Shown: positions 9,883 through 19,836 of the stretch, piece after piece
How positions within the stretch are numbered: position 1 is the stretch's first letter
Layout of the letters: the number at the start of each line of letters is the position of its first letter
NCBI GenBank assembly: GCA_963833095.1
Contig: CAWHWQ010000001.1
Span: 864,001-928,000, forward strand
DNA from: Vulcanimicrobiota bacterium
GTDB taxonomy: Bacteria; Vulcanimicrobiota; Vulcanimicrobiia; Vulcanimicrobiales; Vulcanimicrobiaceae
Length of the DNA: 64,000 nucleotides
Direction of reading: 5' to 3'
Position numbers and translations under genes: made by a program
The notes under the pieces: model-generated
The model's input: only the letters and a program-made list of their open reading frames with translations
Told to the model about the DNA's origin: nothing
Database searches by the model: none

Positions 9883-11246
9883 TGTAGCACGCCTGGGAGA
9901 GGCGCATCGAAACACGCCGCCAGCGTCGCCGCCAACTCTGCTGCTTGCGCGCGGATCTCGGGCATCGCCGTCGTTTCGATCAGCGTTCCATACCGCACGG
10001 GACCGATGCAAAAGACTGCGGACGAGCCGACGCCGTTCGCGTCGCGAAGCGCACCGTTCGGCGCGACATCGACGCCGATCCCCGTCGGCAACGGCTGCAT
10101 GATTCCCTGAGCGAGCAGATTGCCGATTAGCGGATTTTCGAGTTGGCGAAAATCGTGCGCGGGCCCGCTGCAATTGATAACGCGACCGACCTCGAGCTCG
10201 AGCGTACGGTTTTCTCCGCGCACACGAATGGGAACGCGTAAGCCTTTGCCGGTTTGCGTGAACGTGCCGGTGCGTCCGGCAAGCATCCGCAAACCGCCGG
10301 TCGAGATCTCGCCCGCGATCGTCTTCGCGACCTCCGGAGCCATGCGGTGCCGGTGCACGTTCCAGTAGGGCATCATGTGGCGCACGAAGCGGCGCTGGTC
10401 GTTGACCGATAGCGCCTGCCATAGCATGTTTGTACGCGGACGCAGACTATCGAGCGCCGCGCGCCATGCGCGCGGCCGGCCCGCACCAGCGCGAAATGCG
10501 CCGAGAAGATCGTGCATTGACGTCGCGTCCGGCTTCGCGTCCGGCGGCGCGTCGAAGAGCCGGTGTTCGTGAGGAAGCAAGCCGCGCCGTGAAACCATCC
10601 AGATCGTGCCACGGTGACCGTTGCTCCGCAAGCCTATCACCGCGTCGACTGCAGTCAGGCCGGTCCCGAGCAGAAGCACACCTTCACCCGGATCGGCCGG
10701 AATCAACGCGTTCTCGTCCCACACCGAGGCGAAGAATCGCTCTCCGGAAACGATGTCGGCGGTTGCCCGGAACCACGGGGCCGGGTTCGCGTTTCCCGTC
10801 GCCACGACGAGTACCTCGCCGCTAAGGACGCGTCCGTCTTCGCAAATAGCGCGCACCTCCGATTTCTCAACCGTGGCGGCGAGAATCGTCGACTGCACGG
10901 ATTGGAAGCGCGCGCCGGCAAATGCGCGCGACTCCCGCGCAATCGACTCGAGGTAATCTCCATACAGCGGCCGCGGAACGAAAGACGCCTCGTTATACCG
11001 CTGCCCGAGGCGTCCCCGTAAGAAGTTGACGAAGTGTTCGGGATCCTCCGCGAATGCAGACATGCGCCCCGCGGGAACGTTGAGTAAATGTTCGTAATGC
11101 GATGTGGAATAGGCCATACCGCGCCCGAGAAGCTTGCGCGGATCGACCACGATTACGTTCGCATCGGCGCTCTGACGTAACAGACGAGTGGCCAGGAGCA
11201 CACCACTGGCACCACCACCGGCAATGATCGTGGTGAAGTTAGGCAT
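9879..11246 (-). CDS. FAD/NAD(P)-binding protein (NAD_binding_9 / YdhS-like)
   Basis: GGGASG, GRGMAYST..HLLNVPA..MS, ATG, GTGLTAVD, SRRGLLP, W.VHRHR, INCSG, ETTAMPEIR. Confidence 0.88.
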   Translation of the reverse strand: MPNFTTIIAGGGASGVLLATRLLRQSADANVIVVDPRKLLGRGMAYSTSHYEHLLNVPAGRMSAFAEDPEHFVNFLRGRLGQRYNEASFVPRPLYGDYLESIARESRAFAGARFQSVQSTILAATVEKSEVRAICEDGRVLSGEVLVVATGNANPAPWFRATADIVSGERFFASVWDENALIPADPGEGVLLLGTGLTAVDAVIGLRSNGHRGTIWMVSRRGLLPHEHRLFDAPPDAKPDATSMHDLLGAFRAGAGRPRAWRAALDSLRPRTNMLWQALSVNDQRRFVRHMMPYWNVHRHRMAPEVAKTIAGEISTGGLRMLAGRTGTFTQTGKGLRVPIRVRGENRTLELEVGRVINCSGPAHDFRQLENPLIGNLLAQGIMQPLPTGIGVDVAPNGALRDANGVGSSAVFCIGPVRYGTLIETTAMPEIRAQAAELAATLAACFDAPLPGVLQ

Positions 11247-11805
11247 CGTAGCGGAGGTCAACGCGACGCGCCGTCCACCAGCCGTCATCACCCTGTGCAA
11301 AGGATTGCGCGCTTTTCAAATCTCCGCCGTAAACGTGAAATGAGTGCGCCACAGTCGTTCCCGCGTTTCCGAAGTCGTGGTACTCGAGCGGCGGAATCAA
11401 CACGCCCACCGTGCCACGGCCCGAGACACGATGCATTCCACGCTCAAAACGGTAGCCATCGTCGACCCCGCGCTCAACCAAAGAAAACATCGTTTCGCTC
11501 ATCACGCCGTCGACGATGATCTCGGCGCCCCACAAGCCCGCGTGATCGTGCAGCGGGCTGCCTTGGCCAGGTGCCCAGGTCATGCCGACGACGATGAACC
11601 GGTCCTCGGGGTCATGCCAAATCAGCTTTCTCGAATAGTGATCGACGCGAGCCGGCGCAAACAACTCCGAGGTGAATGCACCTTGCTCGCAGAGCTGGGC
11701 GAGCACCCTGGCAAGCGACGTCACGCGGTCATCGCGCACGGCCCTTGCAATGGGAGTGATTAAATCGGCTAACGCAGCGTTCGCACCGAACGTTTTCATG
11801 ACCAT
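11239..11805 (-). CDS. Cysteine dioxygenase-family thiol dioxygenase (cupin)
   Basis: YSR.L, W.PGQ.SPLHDH, EYH, SFHVYG; 3-His triad. Confidence 0.85.
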   Translation of the reverse strand: MVMKTFGANAALADLITPIARAVRDDRVTSLARVLAQLCEQGAFTSELFAPARVDHYSRKLIWHDPEDRFIVVGMTWAPGQGSPLHDHAGLWGAEIIVDGVMSETMFSLVERGVDDGYRFERGMHRVSGRGTVGVLIPPLEYHDFGNAGTTVAHSFHVYGGDLKSAQSFAQGDDGWWTARRVDLRYDA

Positions 11806-11834
11806 TTAGGTATCGGCATGACGCCGGATACCGC

Positions 11835-12560
11835 CTAGGATGCGAGTTCTGATGCGGTGAGCCCCATGAGGTCGGCGATACGCTTGCGATCGGCTAGTAG
11901 CGTCGCTGCCTCGCCCTGATAAACGATCCGGCCGGCATCCATCACGTAGGCACGATCGGCAATCTTGAGGGCCAGAAGCGCGTTCTGTTCGACCAGTACG
12001 ATTGCCACGCCGCGCGCCTTGAGCTCGGCGAGTATCCGATAGACGTCCTCAACGATCATCGGCGCCAGACCCTGCGACGGCTCGTCGACGAGCATGAGGT
12101 CCGGATTCGAGACGAGCGCGCGGCCGATCGCAAGCATCTCCTGTTCGCCGCCGGAAAGGCGCCCGGCCTTACGGCCCGCCAGTTCCCTGAGCTTAGGCAG
12201 ATGCTCGAGTACGCGCGCAATCGACCATTCGCCGCTGCGGCCGTTCTCGGCAAGCTGCAGGTTCTCGAGCACCGAGAGTTGGGCGAACATGCGGCGGCCT
12301 TCGGGAACGTAGCCGACGCCCAAACGCGCGATCCGATAGGGCGAACGCCCCGCGATTGCTGCACCGTTAAAGGTGATCTCACCGTTGCGCGGGCGCGTAA
12401 GCCCAAGAATACTGCGCAACGTCGTCGTCTTGCCGGCACCGTTGAGCCCGAGCAGAGCAACCAGCTCGCCTTTGCCGACGGCGAGACTCACGTCGTGGAG
12501 AATATGGCTCTTGCCATAATACGTGTTGAGCTTCTCGACCTTCAAAAACATCTCAGACAT
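11835..12560 (-). CDS. Branched-chain amino acid ABC ATPase (LivF-like)
   Basis: GLNGAGKTT, PEGRR.F, LSGGEQ, DEPS.GLAP, VEQN. Confidence 0.92.
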   Translation of the reverse strand: MSEMFLKVEKLNTYYGKSHILHDVSLAVGKGELVALLGLNGAGKTTTLRSILGLTRPRNGEITFNGAAIAGRSPYRIARLGVGYVPEGRRMFAQLSVLENLQLAENGRSGEWSIARVLEHLPKLRELAGRKAGRLSGGEQEMLAIGRALVSNPDLMLVDEPSQGLAPMIVEDVYRILAELKARGVAIVLVEQNALLALKIADRAYVMDAGRIVYQGEAATLLADRKRIADLMGLTASELAS

Positions 12561-13323
12561 GCTCGACGACCTCTTTGCCGATGTAGGCGTCGCGCACCGC
12601 TTCGTTTGCGCTAATCTCGGTAGGCGTCCCTTCGGCAAGGACCTTGCCACGGTCGAGCACCATGATGCGCTGCGCAAGTGAGAGTACGACGCGCATGTTG
12701 TGCTCGACGAAGAGCACCGTGAGCCCAAGCTCGCTATGGAGCTTGCGGATTACCTCGACAACGCGCTCGGTCTCGGCGTGCGCAAGTCCCGCCATCGGCT
12801 CATCGAGCATCACCAGCACCGGGTCCGTCGAGAGGCTCATCGCAATCTCGCATAACCGCTGACTTCCGTGCGCGAGTTCGGCGACGGGCCGGCGCGCCGA
12901 TGCGCGAAGGTTCACGAAATCCAGCAGACGTTCTGCCTTGTCTGCGATGCTCTTGTGCTGCGCCGGGCTGATCGGGCGGAAGCGGAACGCCAACTTCGCC
13001 GCGCTCTGTAGGCCGATCAAGAGGTTGTCGTAGACGGAAAGATTGGGGAAGACGCTGGAGGTTTGAAACGTGCGCCCCATGCCCATCGCAATGCGATCAT
13101 GAATGGGTGATGTCGTGATGTCGACGCCCTTAAACGTAACCTTGCCGCTGTCGCATTTGTAAAACCCCGAGAGCGCATTGAAAAATGTCGACTTCCCCGC
13201 GCCGTTGGGTCCGATGACCGCCTGAATCGACCCCGCGTTAACGAACAACGAAACGTTTTCGACGGCGCGTACGCCGCCGAAGTGCTTCACCACGTTCTCG
13301 GCTTGAAAAATGACGTCGCTCAC
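12553..13323 (-). CDS. Branched-chain amino acid ABC ATPase (LivG-like)
   Basis: GPNGAGKST, RTFQ, LDEP.AG, VEHNM, V..AY.G. Confidence 0.92.
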   Translation of the reverse strand: MSDVIFQAENVVKHFGGVRAVENVSLFVNAGSIQAVIGPNGAGKSTFFNALSGFYKCDSGKVTFKGVDITTSPIHDRIAMGMGRTFQTSSVFPNLSVYDNLLIGLQSAAKLAFRFRPISPAQHKSIADKAERLLDFVNLRASARRPVAELAHGSQRLCEIAMSLSTDPVLVMLDEPMAGLAHAETERVVEVIRKLHSELGLTVLFVEHNMRVVLSLAQRIMVLDRGKVLAEGTPTEISANEAVRDAYIGKEVVEHV

Positions 13324-14336
13324 GGTTGAATTTCCCGCTCGGAGAGCACGGTGCCGTGCAGTGTGTCGCGAGCCTCGTAGCCAAACCCGCCACGCCGCCG
13401 TTCAATGGCATCGAGAATCGTGCCGAGGATGCCTTTGGGAAATCCGAGCACGCACGCGACGAAGAGGGCGCCGAGCGGAATCTGCCACCACGGTATCGCG
13501 CTCGAAAGGATGTCGTTGCCGATCACAAAGATCAGCGCGCCGAGGAACGGCCCGAAGATCGTGCCGGTGCCACCGAGGATCGTCATCAAGACGATGTTCC
13601 CCGATTCATGCCAGTCGAGCATAAGCGGATACGCAAACATGATCGAGAGCCCGTAGCAAGCGCCGGCCAATCCCTCAATCGCCGCCGAGATCAATATCGC
13701 GACGAAGATAAACCGGTCGGTATTGAGCCCGAGATAGCGGGCACGCGTTTCGTTCTCTTTGATCGCGATCAGCGAGCGTCCAAACGGCGAGCGGACCAAG
13801 AGCCAGAACAGGCTTACGACGACGATAAAGAACAGCAGCATCGCGTAATAAAAAGACTCGTCCTTGAGTTGCAAGCCCAAGCCTTCGACCACGGGACGCG
13901 CAAAGTTCATGCCGTCTTCACCTCCGGTGATATCGGTGAAGCGGTAGGCCAGAAAATAAAAGACCTGCCCAAAAGCGATGAACAACAGCGAGAAATAGAT
14001 GCCACGCCGGCGCAAGAGGAACGGCCCGATCAAGAGCGCGCCGATGATCGCTGCAAGCACACCGTAGCCGAGAGAACCCAAGAACTTTGCATGCCAAAAT
14101 TGGATCGTGAGACCGGCGCCATACGCCCCCAGCCCGAAGAACGCCGCGTTGCCGAAGGGCAACACGCCGGTATAACCGACGAGCAGGTTCACGCCCATTG
14201 CTGCAATCGCGAAGAGCAGCACTTCGGTGCATATCGAAATGGCCAAGTGCAAATGCGGCGCAAGCTGAGGTATAAAGATGAGCAACACTAAGAGGACGAT
14301 CACCGCGATCAACCCAGCGCGATTGCCGATTTTCAC
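13320..14336 (-). CDS. ABC permease (LivM-like)
   Basis: NLLVGYTG..FG.AAFFG.GAY, G.YF, TGG.DG, SPFGR.L.AI.ENE.RA..LG, LGG.G. Confidence 0.92.
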   Translation of the reverse strand: MKIGNRAGLIAVIVLLVLLIFIPQLAPHLHLAISICTEVLLFAIAAMGVNLLVGYTGVLPFGNAAFFGLGAYGAGLTIQFWHAKFLGSLGYGVLAAIIGALLIGPFLLRRRGIYFSLLFIAFGQVFYFLAYRFTDITGGEDGMNFARPVVEGLGLQLKDESFYYAMLLFFIVVVSLFWLLVRSPFGRSLIAIKENETRARYLGLNTDRFIFVAILISAAIEGLAGACYGLSIMFAYPLMLDWHESGNIVLMTILGGTGTIFGPFLGALIFVIGNDILSSAIPWWQIPLGALFVACVLGFPKGILGTILDAIERRRGGFGYEARDTLHGTVLSEREIQP

Positions 14337-15202
14337 CCGAAGATGCCCTCTTCACCGAAGAGCCCGCGTGGACGGATGAGTAAGATGACCGCCATCAAGA
14401 CGTACATCACGATTTCGCTAAAGGCCGGCAAATAGAGCGTCGTCACGCTGATCGCAACACCGATGAGCAGACCGCCTACCACCGCACCCCAGAGGCTGCC
14501 CATCCCGCCAACAATGACGGTGACGAACGCCGGCATCAAGAGCGCGTTGCCGCTTTGCGGATTGAGGCCCAGCAGGCACGCCGCCAGCACGCCGGCAAGC
14601 CCCGCGATGAAAATGCCCAAGCCAAAGTTGAACATGTAGAGCACTTGGGTGTTCGTGCCGAGCGCGGCGATCATCTCATGGTCTTGCACGGCGGCGCGCA
14701 AGCGCAACCCCATGCGCGTGCGTTGCAAGAACAGCACCAAGGCCACGATGATGACCAGGAGCGCGCCCGCAATAAACAGCCGAAAAGCCGGGAAGTACGT
14801 GAACCCTAGTGAGACTGCGCCCTGCAACGCGGGCGGCGGTGAAAATGGGACGCCATTCGTGCCCCAAATGAGACGATATGCCTCTTCGGCGATGAGGGAG
14901 AGCCCGAAGGTGAGTAGGAGACTGTAGACCGGGTCGCGCCGATACAGCGGACGCATCAGCGTTCGCTCCATCGCTATACCAACGATCACCGTCAGGATTG
15001 GTGCGACGGCCAGCGCGAACCACCAGTTCGTGCCCGCGCCTACCAACGCAAAGGCGAGATACCCGGAGAGCGTCATGAACGATCCATGGGCCATGTTGAT
15101 CGTGCCGGTTAGGTTCATGATGAGCGAGAGCCCGATGGCTACGACCGCGTAAAACGCGCCAAGGATCAAGCCGTTAAAGATCTCGGGGGCGACGTGTGCC
15201 AT
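14333..15202 (-). CDS. ABC permease (LivH-like)
   Basis: GLSLI...INMAHG, G.RLRA, VIVGGMGS, RPRGLFG. Confidence 0.92.
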   Translation of the reverse strand: MAHVAPEIFNGLILGAFYAVVAIGLSLIMNLTGTINMAHGSFMTLSGYLAFALVGAGTNWWFALAVAPILTVIVGIAMERTLMRPLYRRDPVYSLLLTFGLSLIAEEAYRLIWGTNGVPFSPPPALQGAVSLGFTYFPAFRLFIAGALLVIIVALVLFLQRTRMGLRLRAAVQDHEMIAALGTNTQVLYMFNFGLGIFIAGLAGVLAACLLGLNPQSGNALLMPAFVTVIVGGMGSLWGAVVGGLLIGVAISVTTLYLPAFSEIVMYVLMAVILLIRPRGLFGEEGIFG

Positions 15203-15217
15203 GTGCTACTCCAGGTG

Positions 15218-15245
15218 AGGAACCTCTGCTTTCGCAGAGGTTCCT
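15218..15245 (-). promoter_or_regulatory. Intra-operon stem-loop between SBP and permease genes (mRNA stabiliser/attenuator)
   Basis: Perfect 12-bp stem AGGAACCTCTGC/GCAGAGGTTCCT with GAAA loop on the minus strand and no U-tract. Confidence 0.6.
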
Positions 15246-15254
15246 AGGGTTTCC

Positions 15255-16529
15255 TTAGGCGGGCCAGTTCATCTTGCAGACTGCCTTCTTCTCTGCAACG
15301 CTCTGTTCGATGTCGGCGGCCTCTTGCCGGTCGACGATATCGAAGATGTCATATTGATCTTGCGGCGTCCCCTTTGCCCGGATCGAGCCGAGCCACATGG
15401 GCCACATCAATTGATGGTCGACGTCTCGATAGTAGCCGCCGCCTTCCCAGATCGAGTTGAAGTGGGCGCCTTCGAGCGCCTTGGCCATCTTCGCGGCATT
15501 CGTCGACTTGGCCTGATTCACGGTCCAGAGCAGACGATCCATCGTGATGTAGCCGAAGGCGCTGCGCGCCGTCGGCGGCGTTCCGTACTTCTTGCGATAG
15601 TTGGCGACGAAGTCATTGGCCAGCTTGTTGTTGGTACCGATAACACTCGCGCCCTTGTAGTACCACTCGACGCCCCAGTAGCCGACGCGCGCTTGCTCGG
15701 GCAACGCCCAGACCGCTTCGAGCTCGACCTGCGGTCCGCCGATCGGGATTTTTCCGGCGATACCATATTGGTTCGTCTGCTTGAGACAGTTGACGAAGTC
15801 GTCGCCTTGCACCAGCACGAGTAAGAGGTCCGGCTTTGCGGCGAGCACTTTGGTAAGGTACGGGCTGAAGTCGGTCGTGCCAAGCGGCGTGAGGTCTTCG
15901 CCGACGAACGTGATCCCCATTTTCTTGGCGACATCGTGATAGCCGGCTTGCAACGCGTGTCCGAACGCGTAGTCGGGAATGATCATGTACCATTTCTTCC
16001 CGAACTTCTTTTCCAGCGAGTATCCCGTCGCGTGCGTTTCCATCCACGTGCTGTGGCACGTGCGGAAGGTGCTATATTCGCACTTCTCTCCGGTCACCGC
16101 GTCAGCGTGACCACCGGAGTCGACGTAAAACGTGTTGAGCGCATTGGCCGCTCCGCTGATCGCAAGCGAAACGGAGCTGTTGATCGAACCCATAAGCACC
16201 GGGCACTTATCGACCAGGATGAGCTTGCGCGCTTTCTCGACTGCGTTCCCGGGATTGTTGTTGTTGTCTTCTTTAACAACCGAGACTTTCGTCCCACCCA
16301 TGACGCCGCCGCGTGCGTTCCACTCGTCCATTGCCATCACCGCGCCCTGCGTTTCACTTTGCGCGTACGATGCGTAGACACCGGTGTATTCATAATCGAG
16401 TCCGACATTGAGTACGTCTGCCGCGAAAGCGCGGCTTGGAAGAATTGCGGGGAAGCCGGTAACGAGTCCAGCCGACGTAATAGCTGCCGTCGTCAGAAAC
16501 GACTTCCGGTCCAGTTTGCCATCCGACAT
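15255..16529 (-). CDS. ABC substrate-binding protein (Liv/PBP1 type), Tat-like signal
   Basis: Periplasmic binding fold motifs (DY.FG, P.GT.DFS.YL); N-terminus LDRKSFL. Confidence 0.9.
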   Translation of the reverse strand: MSDGKLDRKSFLTTAAITSAGLVTGFPAILPSRAFAADVLNVGLDYEYTGVYASYAQSETQGAVMAMDEWNARGGVMGGTKVSVVKEDNNNNPGNAVEKARKLILVDKCPVLMGSINSSVSLAISGAANALNTFYVDSGGHADAVTGEKCEYSTFRTCHSTWMETHATGYSLEKKFGKKWYMIIPDYAFGHALQAGYHDVAKKMGITFVGEDLTPLGTTDFSPYLTKVLAAKPDLLLVLVQGDDFVNCLKQTNQYGIAGKIPIGGPQVELEAVWALPEQARVGYWGVEWYYKGASVIGTNNKLANDFVANYRKKYGTPPTARSAFGYITMDRLLWTVNQAKSTNAAKMAKALEGAHFNSIWEGGGYYRDVDHQLMWPMWLGSIRAKGTPQDQYDIFDIVDRQEAADIEQSVAEKKAVCKMNWPA

Positions 16530-16774
16530 TTCACATGCTCCTATTGGCGCCGCATAGTGCGCGACGCATAGTAGTCCAGGAACTAGGACAATGAATCGCG
16601 CTTACCATTAGTTGTTCCTTTTGGCGCAACGCCTGCGGCCAAACAATCGTTCCGTCGAGATGCAATGCGCGCCTAGCAGTCAATAGCGTGCATCTAGCAT
16701 GAAGAGCGGAAGAATCGTATAACAAGAGCGACTCACACCGCGGACATCACCGATCACAGTTCGAGGAGAGACCT

Positions 16775-18031
16775 ATGCGCGTATCTCGTCCCGTCTGGCT
16801 GCTTTCAGCCGCCGTCATCATGCTTGCCGCCCTGGGCCTCGCCGGTCCGTTGCGCCCGGCGCTCGCGGCAACCGCGCCCAGCGAGATCAAAATCGGCACC
16901 CTGTACGCGAGCACTGGAACCTTCGCCGTTGCTTCGCAGGGGCAGTATCAAGGGCTGCAATATTGGGCCGCCGCGATCAACAAGGGCGGCGGGGTATTCG
17001 TAAAGGCCTTTAATAAGAAGATTCCCGTCAAGGTCATCGCCTACGACGACCAGAGCTCGACGACGACCGCAACCACGCTCTACAACCAGCTCATCACTCA
17101 GGACAAGGTCGACGTCCTCATCGCCGACTTCGGGTCGGTATTGACGTCGGTCGCGATCCCGCTGGCCGCGGAGCATCACATGCTGCTGATCGACCCGACC
17201 GGTTCGGGCGCGAACTTCTTCACGCAGAAAACCGACTATCTCGCGGACGTGAGCATCCCGTCCTCAGCGGTGTGGCCGGTTCCGCTCGGTAAGTTTATCT
17301 TGGAGCAGAAGATCGCGCGCGTCGCGATACTCTACGACTCGAACGACTTCGACGCTTCGCAAGCCGAGACGCTCAAATCAGGTCTCGCCGCCGGCGGCGT
17401 GACACCGGTCTACTACAACGGCGTGCCGACCACCGAATCGAACTACTCAGTGCTGCTGCACACCATCGCAGCGCAGAACCCCGACGCCGTTATCGAATTG
17501 GGCTACGCTCCAAACGATATCGCGTTCCTACGCGATCTCGCCTCGAGCGGACTGCACTTCAAGATGACGTTCACCATCTTTCCCGGACAACTCATCTCGT
17601 TGATTACGAAGAACGTCGGAGCCAAGGCCCTAGCCTACACCTATACCTATCCGACCCCGCCGCTCGTGCGCTTCGACAGTGTGACGCTGGGCGTCAACAC
17701 CGATACATTTGTCAAGGACTTCACTGCGGCGAGCAAAGCGGCACCGAATTTTCTCAACGCCGCCGGCTACAACAACGGCTTGATCGTACAGCAAATGCTC
17801 GCGATCGCGCCGGCATTCACTCAACTCGATTTCCATCAGGCATTGATGGAGATGTCGGGCAAAACGCGCACGCTCCTCGGCGACTTCAAAATCAACGAAA
17901 ACGGAGCGCAACTCGGCGAACTTCTCCCGGTCGCGCAAATCGTGCCGGAGGGCGACGGGACCAAGTTCGTGGTCGTCTATCCTCAAGACAAAGCCACCGG
18001 TAAGGCCGTCTATCCGGCGCCGCAACCGTAA
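16775..18031 (+). CDS. Amino acid ABC substrate-binding protein (Liv/PBP1 type)
   Basis: Signal peptide, IKIG...STG.FA, IN..GG, YDD.S, LI..DKVD; GAGGAG RBS. Confidence 0.9.
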   Translation: MRVSRPVWLLSAAVIMLAALGLAGPLRPALAATAPSEIKIGTLYASTGTFAVASQGQYQGLQYWAAAINKGGGVFVKAFNKKIPVKVIAYDDQSSTTTATTLYNQLITQDKVDVLIADFGSVLTSVAIPLAAEHHMLLIDPTGSGANFFTQKTDYLADVSIPSSAVWPVPLGKFILEQKIARVAILYDSNDFDASQAETLKSGLAAGGVTPVYYNGVPTTESNYSVLLHTIAAQNPDAVIELGYAPNDIAFLRDLASSGLHFKMTFTIFPGQLISLITKNVGAKALAYTYTYPTPPLVRFDSVTLGVNTDTFVKDFTAASKAAPNFLNAAGYNNGLIVQQMLAIAPAFTQLDFHQALMEMSGKTRTLLGDFKINENGAQLGELLPVAQIVPEGDGTKFVVVYPQDKATGKAVYPAPQP

Positions 18032-18049
18032 TACGCGGCGATCCCGCCG

Positions 18050-18931
18050 ATGAGCTTGCTCGAATACGCACTGATCGGCGGGATCCTGTACGGGATCTTC
18101 TTCGCACTGGTCGCAGTTGGCCTCAATCTGATCTTCGGCGTGATGCGCATCATCAACATCGCGCACGGACAGTTCGTGCTGCTCGGCGGCTACGGTGCCT
18201 TCTTGCTCAGCTCGCGGGCGCACCTCAATCCGCTCTACGGCGTACCGCTCGCGATGTTCGGCGCTATCCTCGTGGGCGTTCCACTCTACGTCGCCGTTGT
18301 ACCGCGTCTGCAAAAGAGCGCAAACCCTGAAATGCTCTCGTTCATCCTGTTTTTTGGAATCGCGCAGATGATCGACGCCCTTACGACCATCGTTTTCGGT
18401 GCGGATCAGCGCTCGCTGCCCGAAGACGCCCTCGGAGCCGGCAGCATTGCCGTCTTCGGTCAGAGCTTTCCGGATAGTTGGTACGTTGCCGCCGCAGCAA
18501 GTGTGCTCGTTTTGGTAGGGCTCTATCTCTACTTTACCCGCACTCGGCTCGGCTTTGCCACGCGCGCAATCATGGCGAGCCGCGAGGAGGCGCTCGCGAC
18601 CGGCATCGACGTGAATCGCGTTTCAATGATCTCCTTCGTGATCGGCCTGTCTCTGGCGGGCATCGCCGGCGTCTTCGTCCCGTATATGCTCGGGTCGCTC
18701 TCTCCCGATATCGGAAACGAGCTGACGACGACGTCGTTTGCCGTCATTATCATCGGCTCACTCGGAAATCCGCTGGGTACCGGCATTGGTGGGCTCGTGT
18801 TTGGCATCGGCACGCTCGTGATGCAAACGTTTTTCCCGTCCTGGTCGAATCTCGTGCCTTACGCGCTGCTCGTGTTAATCGTGCTGGTACGCCCCGCGGG
18901 TCTTCTAGGCAAATCCGTTCGCATCGCATGA
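18050..18931 (+). CDS. ABC permease (LivH-like)
   Basis: GLNLIFGVMRIINIAHG, T.LG.A.RA, IIG.LG, RP.GL.G. Confidence 0.92.
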   Translation: MSLLEYALIGGILYGIFFALVAVGLNLIFGVMRIINIAHGQFVLLGGYGAFLLSSRAHLNPLYGVPLAMFGAILVGVPLYVAVVPRLQKSANPEMLSFILFFGIAQMIDALTTIVFGADQRSLPEDALGAGSIAVFGQSFPDSWYVAAAASVLVLVGLYLYFTRTRLGFATRAIMASREEALATGIDVNRVSMISFVIGLSLAGIAGVFVPYMLGSLSPDIGNELTTTSFAVIIIGSLGNPLGTGIGGLVFGIGTLVMQTFFPSWSNLVPYALLVLIVLVRPAGLLGKSVRIA

Positions 18932-19836
18932 GAGCCGCTGCAATTACGCTCGCCGTCATCGGCGCGACGTTTCTGATCGTTCCGCATATCTACGGCAACC
19001 GGACGCTGCTTTTTTCGATGATGACCTTCATCGTGCTGGCGCAAGGGCTCAATTTGCTCTACGGATTCACCGGCTATCTACCGTTCGGATACGTCGGTTT
19101 TTTCGGCACGGGCGCCTACACGACATCGCTGCTGGTGTTGCACACGCACCTTCCGGTGCTGCTCTGCGTCGTCGGCGGCGGCGCCGGCGCATGCGTCATT
19201 GCAATGATCCTCGGCCCACTCTTGCGCCTGAGCGGCGCCTACTTCTCGATCGCCAATCTCGCGGCTTCGCAGATCATTTACAACGTGGTCTCCAACCAGG
19301 ACCTCTCGAAGATTACCGGCGGCCCCTACGGCCTCAAGATCGATCAAGTCTACGACCCCGGCGCAAGTTACTACACGATGCTCGTAATCTTGCTGCTCGC
19401 GACGGGCCTGGCAGCCTACTTCCGTATCTCGCGTTTCGGCATGGCGCTGCGCGCGATGAATGCAGATCCGACGAGCGCGGCAATGGCGGGCATCGACGTC
19501 GTGCGAACGCGGTTGATCGTGTGGCTGATCTCGGCTGCAGTCGCCGGACTTGCCGGAGGCGCGTACGCCTGGAACCTTTCGGTCTTTTATCCCGATGCGG
19601 TCTTCGCGCTGCAGATATCCGTGTTTGCCATCGTGTTCGCGCTCTTCGGCGGCGTCGGGACGGTCGTGGGCCCGGTGATCGGCGCGATCGCGCTCTACGC
19701 GTTGTACAATGGCGTCGGCATCTCGGCACCACAGTATTTTGAGTTCATCTATGGATTCCTGATCGTCGTCCTCGTGCTGTTCCTACCCAACGGCCTCATG
19801 TCGCTGCTCGCTCGGCGAGGTATACGTGTCCTCTGA
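18928..19836 (+). CDS. ABC permease (LivM-like)
   Basis: NLL.GFTGY..FG...FFG.GAY, LRL.G.YF, TGG..G, FGG.GT; ATGA-coupled start. Confidence 0.9.
   Translation: MRAAAITLAVIGATFLIVPHIYGNRTLLFSMMTFIVLAQGLNLLYGFTGYLPFGYVGFFGTGAYTTSLLVLHTHLPVLLCVVGGGAGACVIAMILGPLLRLSGAYFSIANLAASQIIYNVVSNQDLSKITGGPYGLKIDQVYDPGASYYTMLVILLLATGLAAYFRISRFGMALRAMNADPTSAAMAGIDVVRTRLIVWLISAAVAGLAGGAYAWNLSVFYPDAVFALQISVFAIVFALFGGVGTVVGPVIGAIALYALYNGVGISAPQYFEFIYGFLIVVLVLFLPNGLMSLLARRGIRVL

Noticed and set aside
9883..10422. Long N-terminal extensions in track ORFs (9121..10422, also 11835..12728, 18478..19836, 31425..32411, 49243..49989)
   Set aside because: They overlap same-strand upstream genes in another frame. Coupled ATGA starts give clean proteins.
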